Below are positions 52,745 through 64,000 of a stretch of DNA of 64,000 bases, one piece after another (within the stretch, counting starts at the first letter, position 1; the number at the start of each line of letters is the position of its first letter). The notes under the pieces are model-generated. The model saw only the letters and a program-made list of their open reading frames with translations, made no database searches and was not told the DNA's origin. The translations under genes and the position numbers were made by a program. Source of the DNA: Antedon mediterranea (taxonomy: Eukaryota; Animalia; Echinodermata); NCBI RefSeq assembly GCF_964355755.1, contig NC_092678.1:7146422-7210421 (forward strand). The letters are read 5' to 3'.

Positions 52745-54363
52745 GAGTGAGTGGTCGAGCGGTTAAGACAGTGGAACCGTAATTACGTAACCATAACATC
52801 GGCAAGGGTTCGAGGCTCACTCGCTCCATGGTTCTGGTGGTAGAACGAGTCTTCTCGGATAAGGACTATAAACCGTAGGTCCAGTGTACACATGGAACCT
52901 AGTACATCTTTCGAGACGAGTAGGGGGTTACCCCGGTGGCGATATTTTTTTACGCTCAACGAAACTGCCAGCTAGCCAGAATACTGTTTTCTGATTGGAT
53001 GTTGATGTCACGTGAGATGTTCAGCCATGAGAGCCATTGAAATGTACGATTCCTACAACACGTAAATTGCTAGCCTAAAGTGCAGTGCGAGTCGCAACCG
53101 GTCGGAGAGTGCGAGGAGGAATTACCTACTGAGGCGAACTGCATGCGTGAGTGATTTGAACATCTCACGTGACATCAACATCCAATCAGAAAACAGTATT
53201 CTGGCTAGCTGGCAGTTTCGTTGGGTGACTACTTCTTTGCATGATGCAGCTAAAGTAAAATGACGTCACGTTAAAGTGGGTCGTCACAGAGTATCTTGCA
53301 TATTAATGAAGCAAACTTGCTGAGCGTGTTTTCCACCACGCGTGACGCGAGATTTATCGAAACGATCATGTTTTTAACAATTAAAATCACGGCATATACA
53401 ACAAAATATAATGGTTTTCACTGCTAAGGATAATAAATAATTTAATTTTAACATAACAGGACAGCCTAGATACTTCCAGTGCGAATAAAAAATAATAACA
53501 ATAATGTACAGTATTAGTAGTACGTTATGTATTTTCAGATGTTGCAAGACATGAGATCCGAAATAGGCTAGGCCTAGGTGGCAGCGCAGTGCGCATACCT
53601 AGTTAGGGTGGGTGGGAAGTGTAGTTAGCAGTGGGAAGTGTAGTTAGCAGTGGCATCGTGTAGATGTACACTAACCCAGCATACTGGATGTACATGTACA
53701 CTAATGTCACTAACCTACACTAACCCAGCATGCTGGGTTAGTACATCTGCACGATGCCACGCGGTAACGATGAAGGAGGATATGGATGGCCTGATAGTAT
53801 GTTGTGTACTAATAAACTACTACTCAAATATACTGTATTTTATTTTAGTTAGGCCGCTAGTGAGTAGATAGTATCATAGAAAATCTTTCTAGGCATAGGC
53901 ATCTAAGCCAAATTGGTCAAATAAACAACTAACTATATTTAATCTGCTTCTTTGTTATCAGGAACAATATCGGAATAATTTTATTTTCCGTACCACCGAT
54001 CGCACCATCATTTATCACTGAAAACATTTTGTAAAATCAAAGATTGTATAGCGCCGCTACGCGCTTATTTGGTAAAATCATGAGCGCGCAAGAAGAGCAG
54101 AGACAAACATTCCTTTTGCATATGCATGAGACTCTGTGACGACACGCTTTAACGTGACTTCATTTTACTTTAGCTGCATGCGAAGAAGTAGTCACCGTTT
54201 CGTTGAGCGTAAAAAAATATCACACCCCTGTGTACTAGTCAACACAAAACACAGCCACTGTGCAAATTAAACTAACTCACTCGCTTCACATCCCACCAAA
54301 AGTGCTATAGTCTTCAAGTCTGAAGTTTGCACTAAATTGGAAGAAGAAGAAGAAGAAGAAGAA
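52745..54363 (+). mobile_element. tRNA-headed Deu-type SINE with (GAA)n tail, split by a DNA element
   Basis: TGGTCGAGCGGTTAAG...GGTTCGAGGCTC head and GATAAGGACTATAAACCGTAGGTCC...GAGTAGGGGGTTACCCCGGTG core; the SINE resumes at ~54224 and ends in GAA repeats. Confidence 0.7.
52939..54223. mobile_element. MULE-like non-autonomous element inserted in the SINE
   Basis: TIR GATATTTTTTTACGCTCAACGAAAC / GTTTCGTTGAGCGTAAAAAAATATC with 9-bp flanks ACCCCGGTG / ACCCCTGTG. Confidence 0.7.
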
Positions 54364-55673
54364 GGAAATGTGTTATTATTTATGTTAGTACATAAATATA
54401 CGAAATAATGTTCAATACTCATTATTTTATTAAAGGCACTATGTGCGTGCGATATTCTATGACTTGGATACTCTCGTTTGATTTAAGTTTTTGTGGCTAA
54501 ACTCGTCGTTTTTAACATAAATTCGGACGATTTTTGCTATAAAAGTTAGGGTTTCATAATTAATTAACAATTATCTACTCTCGTTTGGTAGGTATTGCAA
54601 CATTCTAAGTCTCGTTTTTGTTTCCGTTTGGTTTTTTGTAGGACCGCGCTCGCGAAAGACAACAGTCGTTCACGTGGGAAGGGCCGTGTGTCATATCGCA
54701 TTTGTTGAGGAATTAGGCTAGATAAAAATTATCCTAGGCGGTCGGGCGCTGCACGACCCTCCCCATGTTATTGAAGGCGCCATGAGAATGAATTTTATTA
54801 CCGATGGTAAGTAGGCTTTACAAAAAACAAAACTTGTAGACCTGGAGACAACATTTTATTATGTTAACATGTTTAAGATGGCGATATCACACACGTGTGT
54901 ACTACCGTGTACTGACGTCGATGTAAACAAACAGCCAACTTACTACTTCCGTCTGAGTGTATTGCATTTTGGGTAATGATGACGTTTTGCTCGACGACCA
55001 CCCATAGATTTAACCGGTTATTTCGGAGCACAAATTGAGCAGAAACGCGGTCTTGTTATTGTTATCTATTTTTAATCTATTTTAAAATAACCGGTTAAAT
55101 TGCGTTATGCAGCAGAAACAGACCCTTAGTCAAGGGAGACACTTTATCAAAGTTCCAACCACAGTAATTGACAATGTATTTCTAAACGGGTATATCTAAT
55201 AGTGGGAACCACAAAAATGTAGGATAGGCTAATTTCTAATTGGCAACGAATTGGAATTCAGAGTGTTTTAGTTGGTTACTATGCATACTAGCACACCTCA
55301 TTGTTAAATTAGCCGTTCAATGGTTGTACAAACTTTTCAATCTTTGAAATTAAATAAAGAAGGAAACGAAAGAAATGTGGATTGGTTCCAGTAAAAATAA
55401 TGAAACAACACCTTTTAATATAAAATGGACGAAAAATCCTGTCAAATGTTTAGGCATTTACGTTGGCTACAATGAGCAAGTTTGTTAGGATAAGAACTGC
55501 AAAAGAAATAACCCCAAAAAAACAAGAAAGTCAATTTTCTGCATGGAATACCATGTAGGTATATAATATTTTTTCCAGAGAGCACTAATTTTACAGGATT
55601 GTCCTTTTTGTTTTGAGTTTGTTCAAAATCAAAATGTCTTGCTTTTGTGATTAGAATGTCAGTGACCTTTTCT

Positions 55674-56720
55674 TAATGGTCGCTAATTGGAGGTGTCTTT
55701 AAGTAAAGTGATCTTTAATTGGAAGAGGACCACTGCAGTTACTTTTTTTGTCACATGATAAACTATTTATTATTCTCGTCTCTACTCATACTAAATAATA
55801 TAATGGTCGCTAATTGGAGGTGTCTTTAAGTAAAGTGATCTTTAATTGGAAGAGGACCACTGCAGTTACTTGTTTTTGTCACATGATAAACTATTTATTA
55901 TTCTCGTCTCTACTCATACCAAATAATATAATGGTCGCTATTTAGAGGTGTCTATAAGTAAAGTGATCTTTAATTGGAAGAGGACCACTGCAGTTACTTT
56001 TTTTGTCACATGATAAACTATTTATTATTCTCGTCTCTACTCATACTAAATAATATAATGGTCGCTAATTGGAGGTGTCTTTAAGTAAAGTGATCTTTAA
56101 TTGGAAGAGGACCACTGCAGTTACTTGTTTTTGTCACATGATAAACTATTTATTATTCTCGTCTCTACTCATACCAAATAATATAATGGTCGCTATTTAG
56201 AGGTGTCTATAAGTAAAGTGATCTTTAATTGGAAGAGGACCACTACAGTTACTTTTTTTGTCACATGATAAACTATTTATTATTCTCGTCTCTACTCATA
56301 CCAAACAATATAATGGTCGCGAATTGGAGGTGTCTATAAGTAAAGTGATCTTTAATTGGAAGAGGACCACTGCAGTTACTTTTTTTGTCACATGATAAAC
56401 TATTTATTATTCTCGTCTCTACTCATACCAAATAATATAATGGTCGCTAATTGGAGGTGTCTATAAGTAAAGTGATCTTTAATTGGAAGAGGACCACTGC
56501 AGTTACTTTTTTTGTCACATGATAAACTATTTATTATTCTCGTCTCTACTCATACTAAACAATATAATGGTCGCGAATTGGAGGTGTCTTTAAGTAAAGT
56601 GATCTTTGATTGGAAGATTACTTACCTGTTTCGTCACATAATTAAAAACTATTTATTATATACTTGTCTTTACTCATACTAAATAATATGGTCGGTAATT
56701 GGAGGTGTCTTTTAATTAAA
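55674..56720. repeat. Tandem repeat, 127-128 bp unit, ~8 copies
   Basis: Unit starting TAATGGTCGCTAATTGGAGGTGTC recurs at ~55674, 55801, 55929, 56056, 56184, 56311, 56438, 56565 and 56687. Confidence 0.93.
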
Positions 56721-59324
56721 GTGGAAGAAAACTAGTTGAGCGTCATTAACTTGTTTTTTGCCATTTTTAATTTACAGTTTTGGGCCTTTTTATGGCATGC
56801 ACAGGCCGCACAGAAAATAATCTTCGACTTAACTAAGACGTTGCTTATAATCGTTGAGACTAAAACATTTTCGCTTGCATTTAGTTTACCCATCAGGCCA
56901 TATATTTTCTTAACAATTCATAAAAAGAATGAATTCTACATTCCTTAAACATAAGGCTGGCACTGAAATGTCGAGGCCTAATATTATTCCGTTAGCTAAG
57001 AATATTACTTACGTTTCATATTGAGATTATTCCGAATGATTACCATATATTTTGAACATTACAGTCTCAACCAATACATTATTAATGAATATGAATGAAT
57101 ATCACACTTCACTTCGCCTAATATAACCATTGAACATTATGTTTGATTCAAAGAGGGCGCTGTTGAATCTAATATTGTGAAAATAACCAAAATAATGTCA
57201 AAATACATCACCCACAAATGGATCTGCTCACAAATGTTAAAAACAAAAATTCAAGTCAAATTTAGCGCTATACCCCCGAAAAATTGTGACAAATTAAGCA
57301 TGGTATTTTCGGTGTTAGATTGGCCGGGTTGTTTCAACACTTGCGTGTGCACGATGCATGTGTTGTTGGTCGATTGGATAGTAACTTGTTGGCCTACTAT
57401 TATTATGTACGTGTAGTTCAAGTCGTGAACGTTACTTCAAAGTCAGTATCATAATATATTTTACATTCGTGGAAGATTTTTTCACATTTTGTGGTTGTTT
57501 TCACATTCGTGCGCGTTTTAGGCTAGTCCTATTCGTATTTTCCTAACTCGCTTGTTGACGTAACAATTTTGAAGATAATATTTTCCCCCTGAAAATTGTT
57601 TTGTTTTAAATTTGACTTTGAATGTGTCATTTTATTGTCACATAATAGTTATTCATGTTAACCAAAACAATATTTATCTGAAAAAAAATGTAATTTAAAG
57701 CAAAAATTATATTTACAGATTACCGTCTACACGCATCTCAACAATACTGTATTTATCAGCAAATGTTTTCATAGACTCTTCTCCCAGACGTGCTTTGGAG
57801 TTTGTAATTTGAGCATGACCCGTCCTAGTTTATAAAATTCCAAAAATGTCAGCCTCTAGAACTTAGCTTCCGCTTGATATAGCTTCTGAATGAGTAGTCC
57901 TCTGGGGATATAGCTGGCTAAAGCCGCGGCGCAAAAAAGCCCTTTTCAACCAGCGGCCAACTATAGAGGGCACCAAATATTTTTTTTGTGTGTTTTGCAT
58001 CGTTATTGGTTATCTTATCTGGAAATCTCACAATTTTTTTTTTAATTCTCAAAATATTTGGAGACAAATTTGTTTAATTTTATATCACAGGGGTTGCCAG
58101 GTCCCGTTTTAACTCACTCATCTAAAGAAAGAAAATTTCAATGCAATCTTTATTGTTCGAAAATTTATTTTAAAAATATTGTAAAGTTTATTATTTTTAT
58201 ATACAAGAACCATATAAAATATATATTTTACATGATATGCAATCTTCTACGCAATACTCTCGTACACATTTTCTGCCGATTCTTGTATGGTATGATGTCT
58301 ATCCCGTAATAAAAAATAAATAAAAACAAACAGCAGTTCCATGTCTTCTGACTACAAACTTTTCCCCACATAGTGTTTATGCCTCCGGACAGTGTAGGTT
58401 TTAGACGGAGATTCGACTTTACTACTTTGTAAAACATTTTGGCACACATGGCTTTTCATACATATAATACAGACAACATCAAAAGACAACACAATACCAA
58501 GGGGTTATCCGACAAGTGCGGATAACCAATAAAACTTAGGAATATTTTTTTCAAAGGCGATTATGTCACCGTCTTAGATGTAAGGCGTTAGGAGCTCGCT
58601 GCCGTGTAATATGAATTCCTGTTACCGTCGCTTGACATGAAACAGTCCTACCGTTCATTGTTTTTAGACATGACACCCAGGTCTACGAGAGTCGACTGAT
58701 ATTTTAAAAGTTAAACCCGGCTACAAAATGAGTAATCTATAATAAAATATAATAAAGTTTCTCCTCCTAAATTTACCGTATATCAAGTTAAGATGCCATA
58801 AATAAAAAATTTTTCTCAGGAATGTTATCAGATATATAAAATTAAATATACATATTCCCTGAGAATTTAAAAAAGACCACCCTAATATAACCAATCTCCA
58901 TATACTAAACTCGTCTAAAAGTCATAGAAATAGAATAGTAAATTAAAAATATATTTATCATTTACAATTACCACCACCCACTCTCCAACTCTAAACATAT
59001 CTCTATTAAAACAATCATTTAAAAAAATCCGAATCTAACCTCTAATGTAACAGTTGAACCATAAGTGGACAACCTATCCACTGTGTCCGCTTACTATCCG
59101 AATTGTTTTTAGGTTCTTTTTGACACTGGGCATTGATAAATTATTGCAAACAACATTATTTTAAAATAATAGATCATGCCAAATGTACTATATGAAATAA
59201 ACAAAGGCACACTTTTAAAATTAAAGTATCCATCTCTCAATAAACAATTCAGAGCATGTCTTCTACACTCAAAGAGGGACTTATAGGCATGGCCTAGCCT
59301 CGACTCTCGACCCACCAAATGCTG

Positions 59325-60700
59325 AGCATTTACCCCCCGGAAAACTATCCCCCGGACAACCACCACCTGGACCACTACCCCCTTAGGACAACTACCCCTT
59401 TAGGACAACTACCCCCCGGACAAATACCCCCCGGACAACTACCCCCTTAGGACAATTACCCCCTAGGAACAATGACCCCCCGAACAATGACCCCCCGAAC
59501 AATGACCCCCCGAACAATTACCCCCCGGACAATTACCCCCCCCCCCCTGGGTAATTACCCCGCGGACAACTAACTCTGACACAATACTCCCCTCCCCGTA
59601 GGACAACTACTTCCTGGACAATACTCCGAGAGCAAATAATCTTTTAGGACAACTACCTCCGTAGGACAACTAACCCCTGGACAACTACCCCACGGACAAT
59701 TACCCCCTAGGGACAACTACCCCCCGGACAATTACCCCCTAGGGACAACTACCCCCCGGACAATTACCCCCTAGGGACAACTACCCCCCGGACAATTACC
59801 CCCTAGGGACAACTACCCCCGGACAATTACCCCCTAGGGACAACTACCCCCGGACAATTACCCCCTAGGGACAACTACCCCCCGGACAATTACCCCTAGG
59901 AACAAAACCACCTAAACAATAAACAGCCCAGGCCGTTTTTTCAATAAATACGGTACTTTAAATCTAGCACATCTAGGGTCTAGCGTGCTGTTAAACAGAA
60001 TAATCGGTTAAAAACGGGTGTTTCGAAACTAGAGACCCGAGACCAGAGACCCGAGACCCAATACGAAAAGGGAGACCTAAATATTCGAAAAGGGAGACCC
60101 ACGTACGAAAAGGGAGACCCCACTATACGAAAAGGGAGACCCTAATATACGAAAAGGGAGACCTAAATATACGAAAAGGGAGACCCAAATATACAAAATG
60201 GGAGACCCAAATATACGAAAAGTGAGACCCACTATAAGAAAAGGGAGACCCCACTATACGAAAAGAGAGACCACACTATACGAAAAGGGAGACCCTAATA
60301 TACGAAAATGGAGACCCAAATATAGGTCTCCCTTTTCGTATTGGGTCTCGTGTCAGGTCTCTGGTCTCGGGTCTCTATAGTTTCGAAACACCCGTTAAAA
60401 ACAGATGATTTCATTTTTACAGAAACCAGTCCTATATATTTGTCTACTTTTGGATTGGGGGGGGGGGGGTAGTTGATCGGGGGGTAGTTGACCGGCGGTA
60501 GTTACCCAGGGGGTAGTTGTCCTAAGGGGGTGGTTGTCCGGGGGGTAGTTGTCCGGGGGGTTGTTATCCTAAGGGGGTAGTTGTCCTAAGGGGGTAGTTG
60601 TCCGGGGGGTAGTTGTCCGGGGGATAGTTGTCCTAAGGGGGTAGTTGTCCGGGTGAAACATCCGGGGGGTAACTGTCTAGGGGGTAGGTGTCCTAGAACC
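59325..60700. mobile_element. Foldback-type element with inverted arrays of GGACAACTACCCC subrepeats
   Basis: C-rich left arm (~59330-59900) and G-rich right arm GGGGTAGTTGTCC (~60460-60700); a partial relative lies at ~50790-50890. Confidence 0.65.
60016..60393. mobile_element. MULE-like MITE with 9-bp TSD and internal ~21-bp repeats
   Basis: GTTAAAAAC|GGGTGTTTCGAAACTA...TAGTTTCGAAACACCC|GTTAAAAAC, with an internal ATACGAAAAGGGAGACCC array. Confidence 0.78.
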
Positions 60701-61287
60701 CCGGAAACATGTAAACAAGTAAGTAAATATTTAAATATTTGTCATTAGCAAACACATGGTTTTCACTAATTCAATATGTGACTATTATTATTATATTATT
60801 ATAAACAAATAATTATCACGATGTCATTGCGAGGAACAACGAAACGTGTTTGGTGGAAAAAATAATAGCAATGTGTTCTTTGTGGTTGTTTTCACATTGT
60901 GGGTGTTTCATCTATTCGTATTTCGCTAACTTCGTGACAAAATAAACAAAAAAAAAAACCTTTTCAAATTGAAATTATAGAGGGCAGCAAATATTAATAA
61001 ATGATGATACTGTAATACTTGGTTTCAAATCCGTTCGGATGTTTGGTAGTCTAGTTAATGACTTCACACTGACCAAGATACTAGACGTTTGGAACGACTC
61101 GACAAGAAGATTGGAAAGGCATCCAAATTTACCCAAAAAATTGTAAAACGTTTGGGGTATTTCCAAAATTCATTAAATTCAAATTACGATTGTATTAAAA
61201 AAAAACAATATAGGTAATTGATATTGGTATTGATTTACTATTGACACAGTTGATCCTATTGTATTAATTTTAATTAATATTGATATT

Positions 61288-62770
61288 TTAACTGCAATCA
61301 TCGACATGAAGTTGTAAAACACCCTCACTATGTAGTCTAACGAGTTCATTAAACTCCTTGTCAAAAGCGTGAACTACTTTTGAAATTTTTACATCTTCGT
61401 AGTAATGATATGATGTTGTGCGGTTGTGTATGTCAGTTGAGAACGGCCAAAACCCGTACAGATGAACCTCGTCACAAAATAGCAGCGCTGTCGTTGTTAA
61501 ATAAAAGCCTAAAAGAAAAAGAAAAGTAATATGGTAAATGGTAGGCTATTACAAAGATAATGTCAGCAACGGTTCGGTTTTACGGTTACACAGCTACGTC
61601 GAAAAGTCATTATGCGCATGCTCAGCAATATACACTCATGCATAGGATATTATCTGTGTAGTCGCGTCATGAAAACGTTCGGCAATATTTGCTACTTGTT
61701 ACGTTGCGCTATTGGCGGCCACATTTTTATCTACAGGATAGTTGTAATGCATATAAATTCAAATTTATTAACATTCACCTTAACATCAAGGTATGGTTAT
61801 AAACAACATTTACAAAAATAAACAAAGATATAAAAGAAAAAGCAATAATAAAAACATTCAATGAGCATGTATGTTGCATAAAGGTCCCTCAGTATCAGGT
61901 GCACTGGAGGCCTGAATGGTGTTACGTCATGGCATGAATTAGGACATTATAGGTGACATCATGGAAATGGAATCGAATAGGTTGTATTATACATGGTTGT
62001 ATCAACGATTTCGGAGAGCCAGCTTGCATATGACTTCTGACTGACTGAACCGGACGCCCTGGGTTCGAACCCCATGGACATCTTTTGGTCAATGATTCAC
62101 AGCCATATCTGGCATTTATCTATGCTAGGTATAATTTTAGAAAATCTGGCATAATTTGAAAAACCAAATCAGCAGCATATTTTACAACAAATATAGCAAT
62201 ATTTTACCCAATCTAGAATAATTTTACCCAATCTAGCATAATTTGGCCGAAAACATGAACTCTGACACATTGATTTTGGCCAATTTTGACTGTAATTGTA
62301 TCTAGCATAATTTGGTGCTGCCACCTAGCATGATTGTATTATTGATTGACAGAAAGATTAGGTTCAATAATTATTGATCTCGTGCAATGGGCCCAACTAT
62401 CATGTAGTTAAAAATCTCATCAGCGGACGACTAATTACATGTATTAAACGCCATGTGTGCCAAAATGTTTATCTTTTTTTCAATAATCAAGCAGAATTTT
62501 CGATTTAAACGTACTAAACTAAACAAACCTGTTGATAATCTGTTTTGTAGGCCCTTTTGTGCCCAATATGCTCCTATCTCTTTGTAGTGGTAAGGATTTC
62601 CGTGTATTAAATGTAATGATTTTAAACGTCTGTTCAGTAAGTTATTCAATGTAATGCCCAGTCTATTAATCCATGAATTTGAAAAACTTGGAAACCAAAT
62701 GCTGTTTCTGTATTCCTTTATTGTATTTATAAATCTAGATTGTTGTACATTCGTCCGTAGGTTACCAAAC
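61288..62770 (-). CDS. ST8SIA: ST8Sia-like alpha-2,8-sialyltransferase (GT29), paralogue D, last two exons (5' part outside window)
   Basis: Exon 62529-62770 (FGNLRTNVQQSRFINTIKEYRNSIWFPSF...AYWAQKGLQNRLSTG) and exon 61288-61508 ([22 protein letters not shown]...YHYYE...HAFDKEF...LHVDDCS*), with GT-AG sites and the same phases as B and C. Confidence 0.92.
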
Positions 62771-62911
62771 CTAAAAAATAATACGTTAAACAAATTACTA
62801 GGTGAGTAGAGAGCTGAAAGAAGATTAATATCCGTTTTATCCATTAACATTAACATGTGGTTTTTTTATTCACAAAAATATATACATTAAAAATATACAG
62901 CTTGATAAACT

Positions 62912-63832
62912 TTCTATTTGCTATTTATGCTATATCAAGTATAGCAATTGCAAGCTATTTATTTGCTATTTATGCTATATATCAAGTACAGTATAGCAAT
63001 TGAACAGCTATTTATTTGCTATTTATGCTGTATCAAGTATAGCAATTGCAAGCTATGTATTTGCTATTTATGCTGTATTAAGTATAGCAATTGCAAGCTA
63101 TTTATTTGCTATTTATGCTGTATCAAGTATAGCAATTGCAAGCTATGTATTTGCTATTTATGCTGTATCAAGTATAGCAATTGCAAGCTATGTATTTGCT
63201 ATTTATGCTATATATCAAGTATAGCAATTGAACCGCTATTTATTTGCTATTTATGCTATATCAAGTATAGCAATTGAACAGCTATGCATTTGCTGTTTAT
63301 GCTATATCAAGTATAGCAATTGAACCGCTATTTATTTGCTATTTATGCTATATCAAGTATAGCAATTGAACAGCTATGCATTTGCTGTTTATGCTATATC
63401 AAGTATAGCAATTGAACAGCTATTTATTTGCTATTTATGCTGTATTAAGTATAGCAATTGCAAGCTATTTATTTGCTATTTATGCTGTATCAAGTATAGC
63501 AATTGCAAGCTATTTATTTGCTATTTATGCTGTATCAAGTATAGCAATTGAACAGCTATGTATTTGCTGTTTATGCTATATCAAGTATAGCAATTGAACA
63601 GATGTATTTGCTATTTATGCTGTATCAAGTATAGCAATTGAACAGATGTATTTGCTATTTATGCTGTATCAAGTATAACAATTGAACAGCTATGTATTTG
63701 CTGTTTATGCTGTATCAATAGCAATTGCAAGCTATTTTTTTGCTATTTATGCTGTATCAAGTATAGCAATTGCAAGCTATTTTTTTGCTATTTATGCTGT
63801 ATTAAGTATAGCAATTGCAAGCTATTTATTTC
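62912..63832. repeat. Minisatellite, 45-46 bp unit, ~20 copies, in intron of gene D
   Basis: Unit TATTTGCTATTTATGCTGTATCAAGTATAGCAATTGCAAGCTAT(T/G), with a GAACAGC variant. Confidence 0.93.
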
Positions 63833-64000
63833 CTATCTATGTTAGGCCTATATCAAGTCAAGCATTGATAAACTTGGCTTTATCAGAACAAGAGCTGAAT
63901 GTTAATTATAAACCGCCCGGTGATATACTGAAATTTAATTAATTAATTAATTTGAAATGATAAGATTAGGAAATCTGTGAGAATAGGAGAGATTCGAACC

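Noticed and set aside
55674-56720. Possible CRISPR or tandem small-RNA gene array
   Set aside because: The whole 127-bp unit is repeated, with no spacers and no recognisable 5S/tRNA/snRNA motifs.
60985-61170. Possible RTE-type LINE fragment (LDKKIGKASKF)
   Set aside because: Too short and degenerate to call without a database search.
62948-63942. Cys-rich repeated ORFs (ICYLCCIKYSNCK)
   Set aside because: Frames of a 45-46 bp intronic minisatellite that shift whenever the unit length changes.

Overview
AT-rich, repeat-dense eukaryotic (metazoan, probably invertebrate deuterostome) genomic DNA. The main content is a head-to-tail tandem array of at least four intron-containing GT29 sialyltransferase paralogues of the ST8Sia (alpha-2,8-sialyltransferase) type, all on the minus strand. 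Gene A shows its 5' four exons and runs off the left edge. Gene B (7 coding exons, 392 aa) and gene C (7 coding exons, 368 aa) are complete. Gene D shows its last two exons and runs off the right edge. I reconstructed the exons by hand from GT-AG sites and conserved phases; the ORF track captures only fragments of them. Introns and spacers hold many transposon relics: a decayed Academ-type element with a nested LINE, Helentron/DINE-1-like elements, Harbinger-, Kolobok-, MULE-, Merlin- and P-like MITEs, and Deu-type SINEs. There are also 5S rRNA and tRNA pseudogenes, several minisatellites and a ~2.8 kb tandem duplication upstream of gene A. No prokaryotic features or CRISPR arrays are present.
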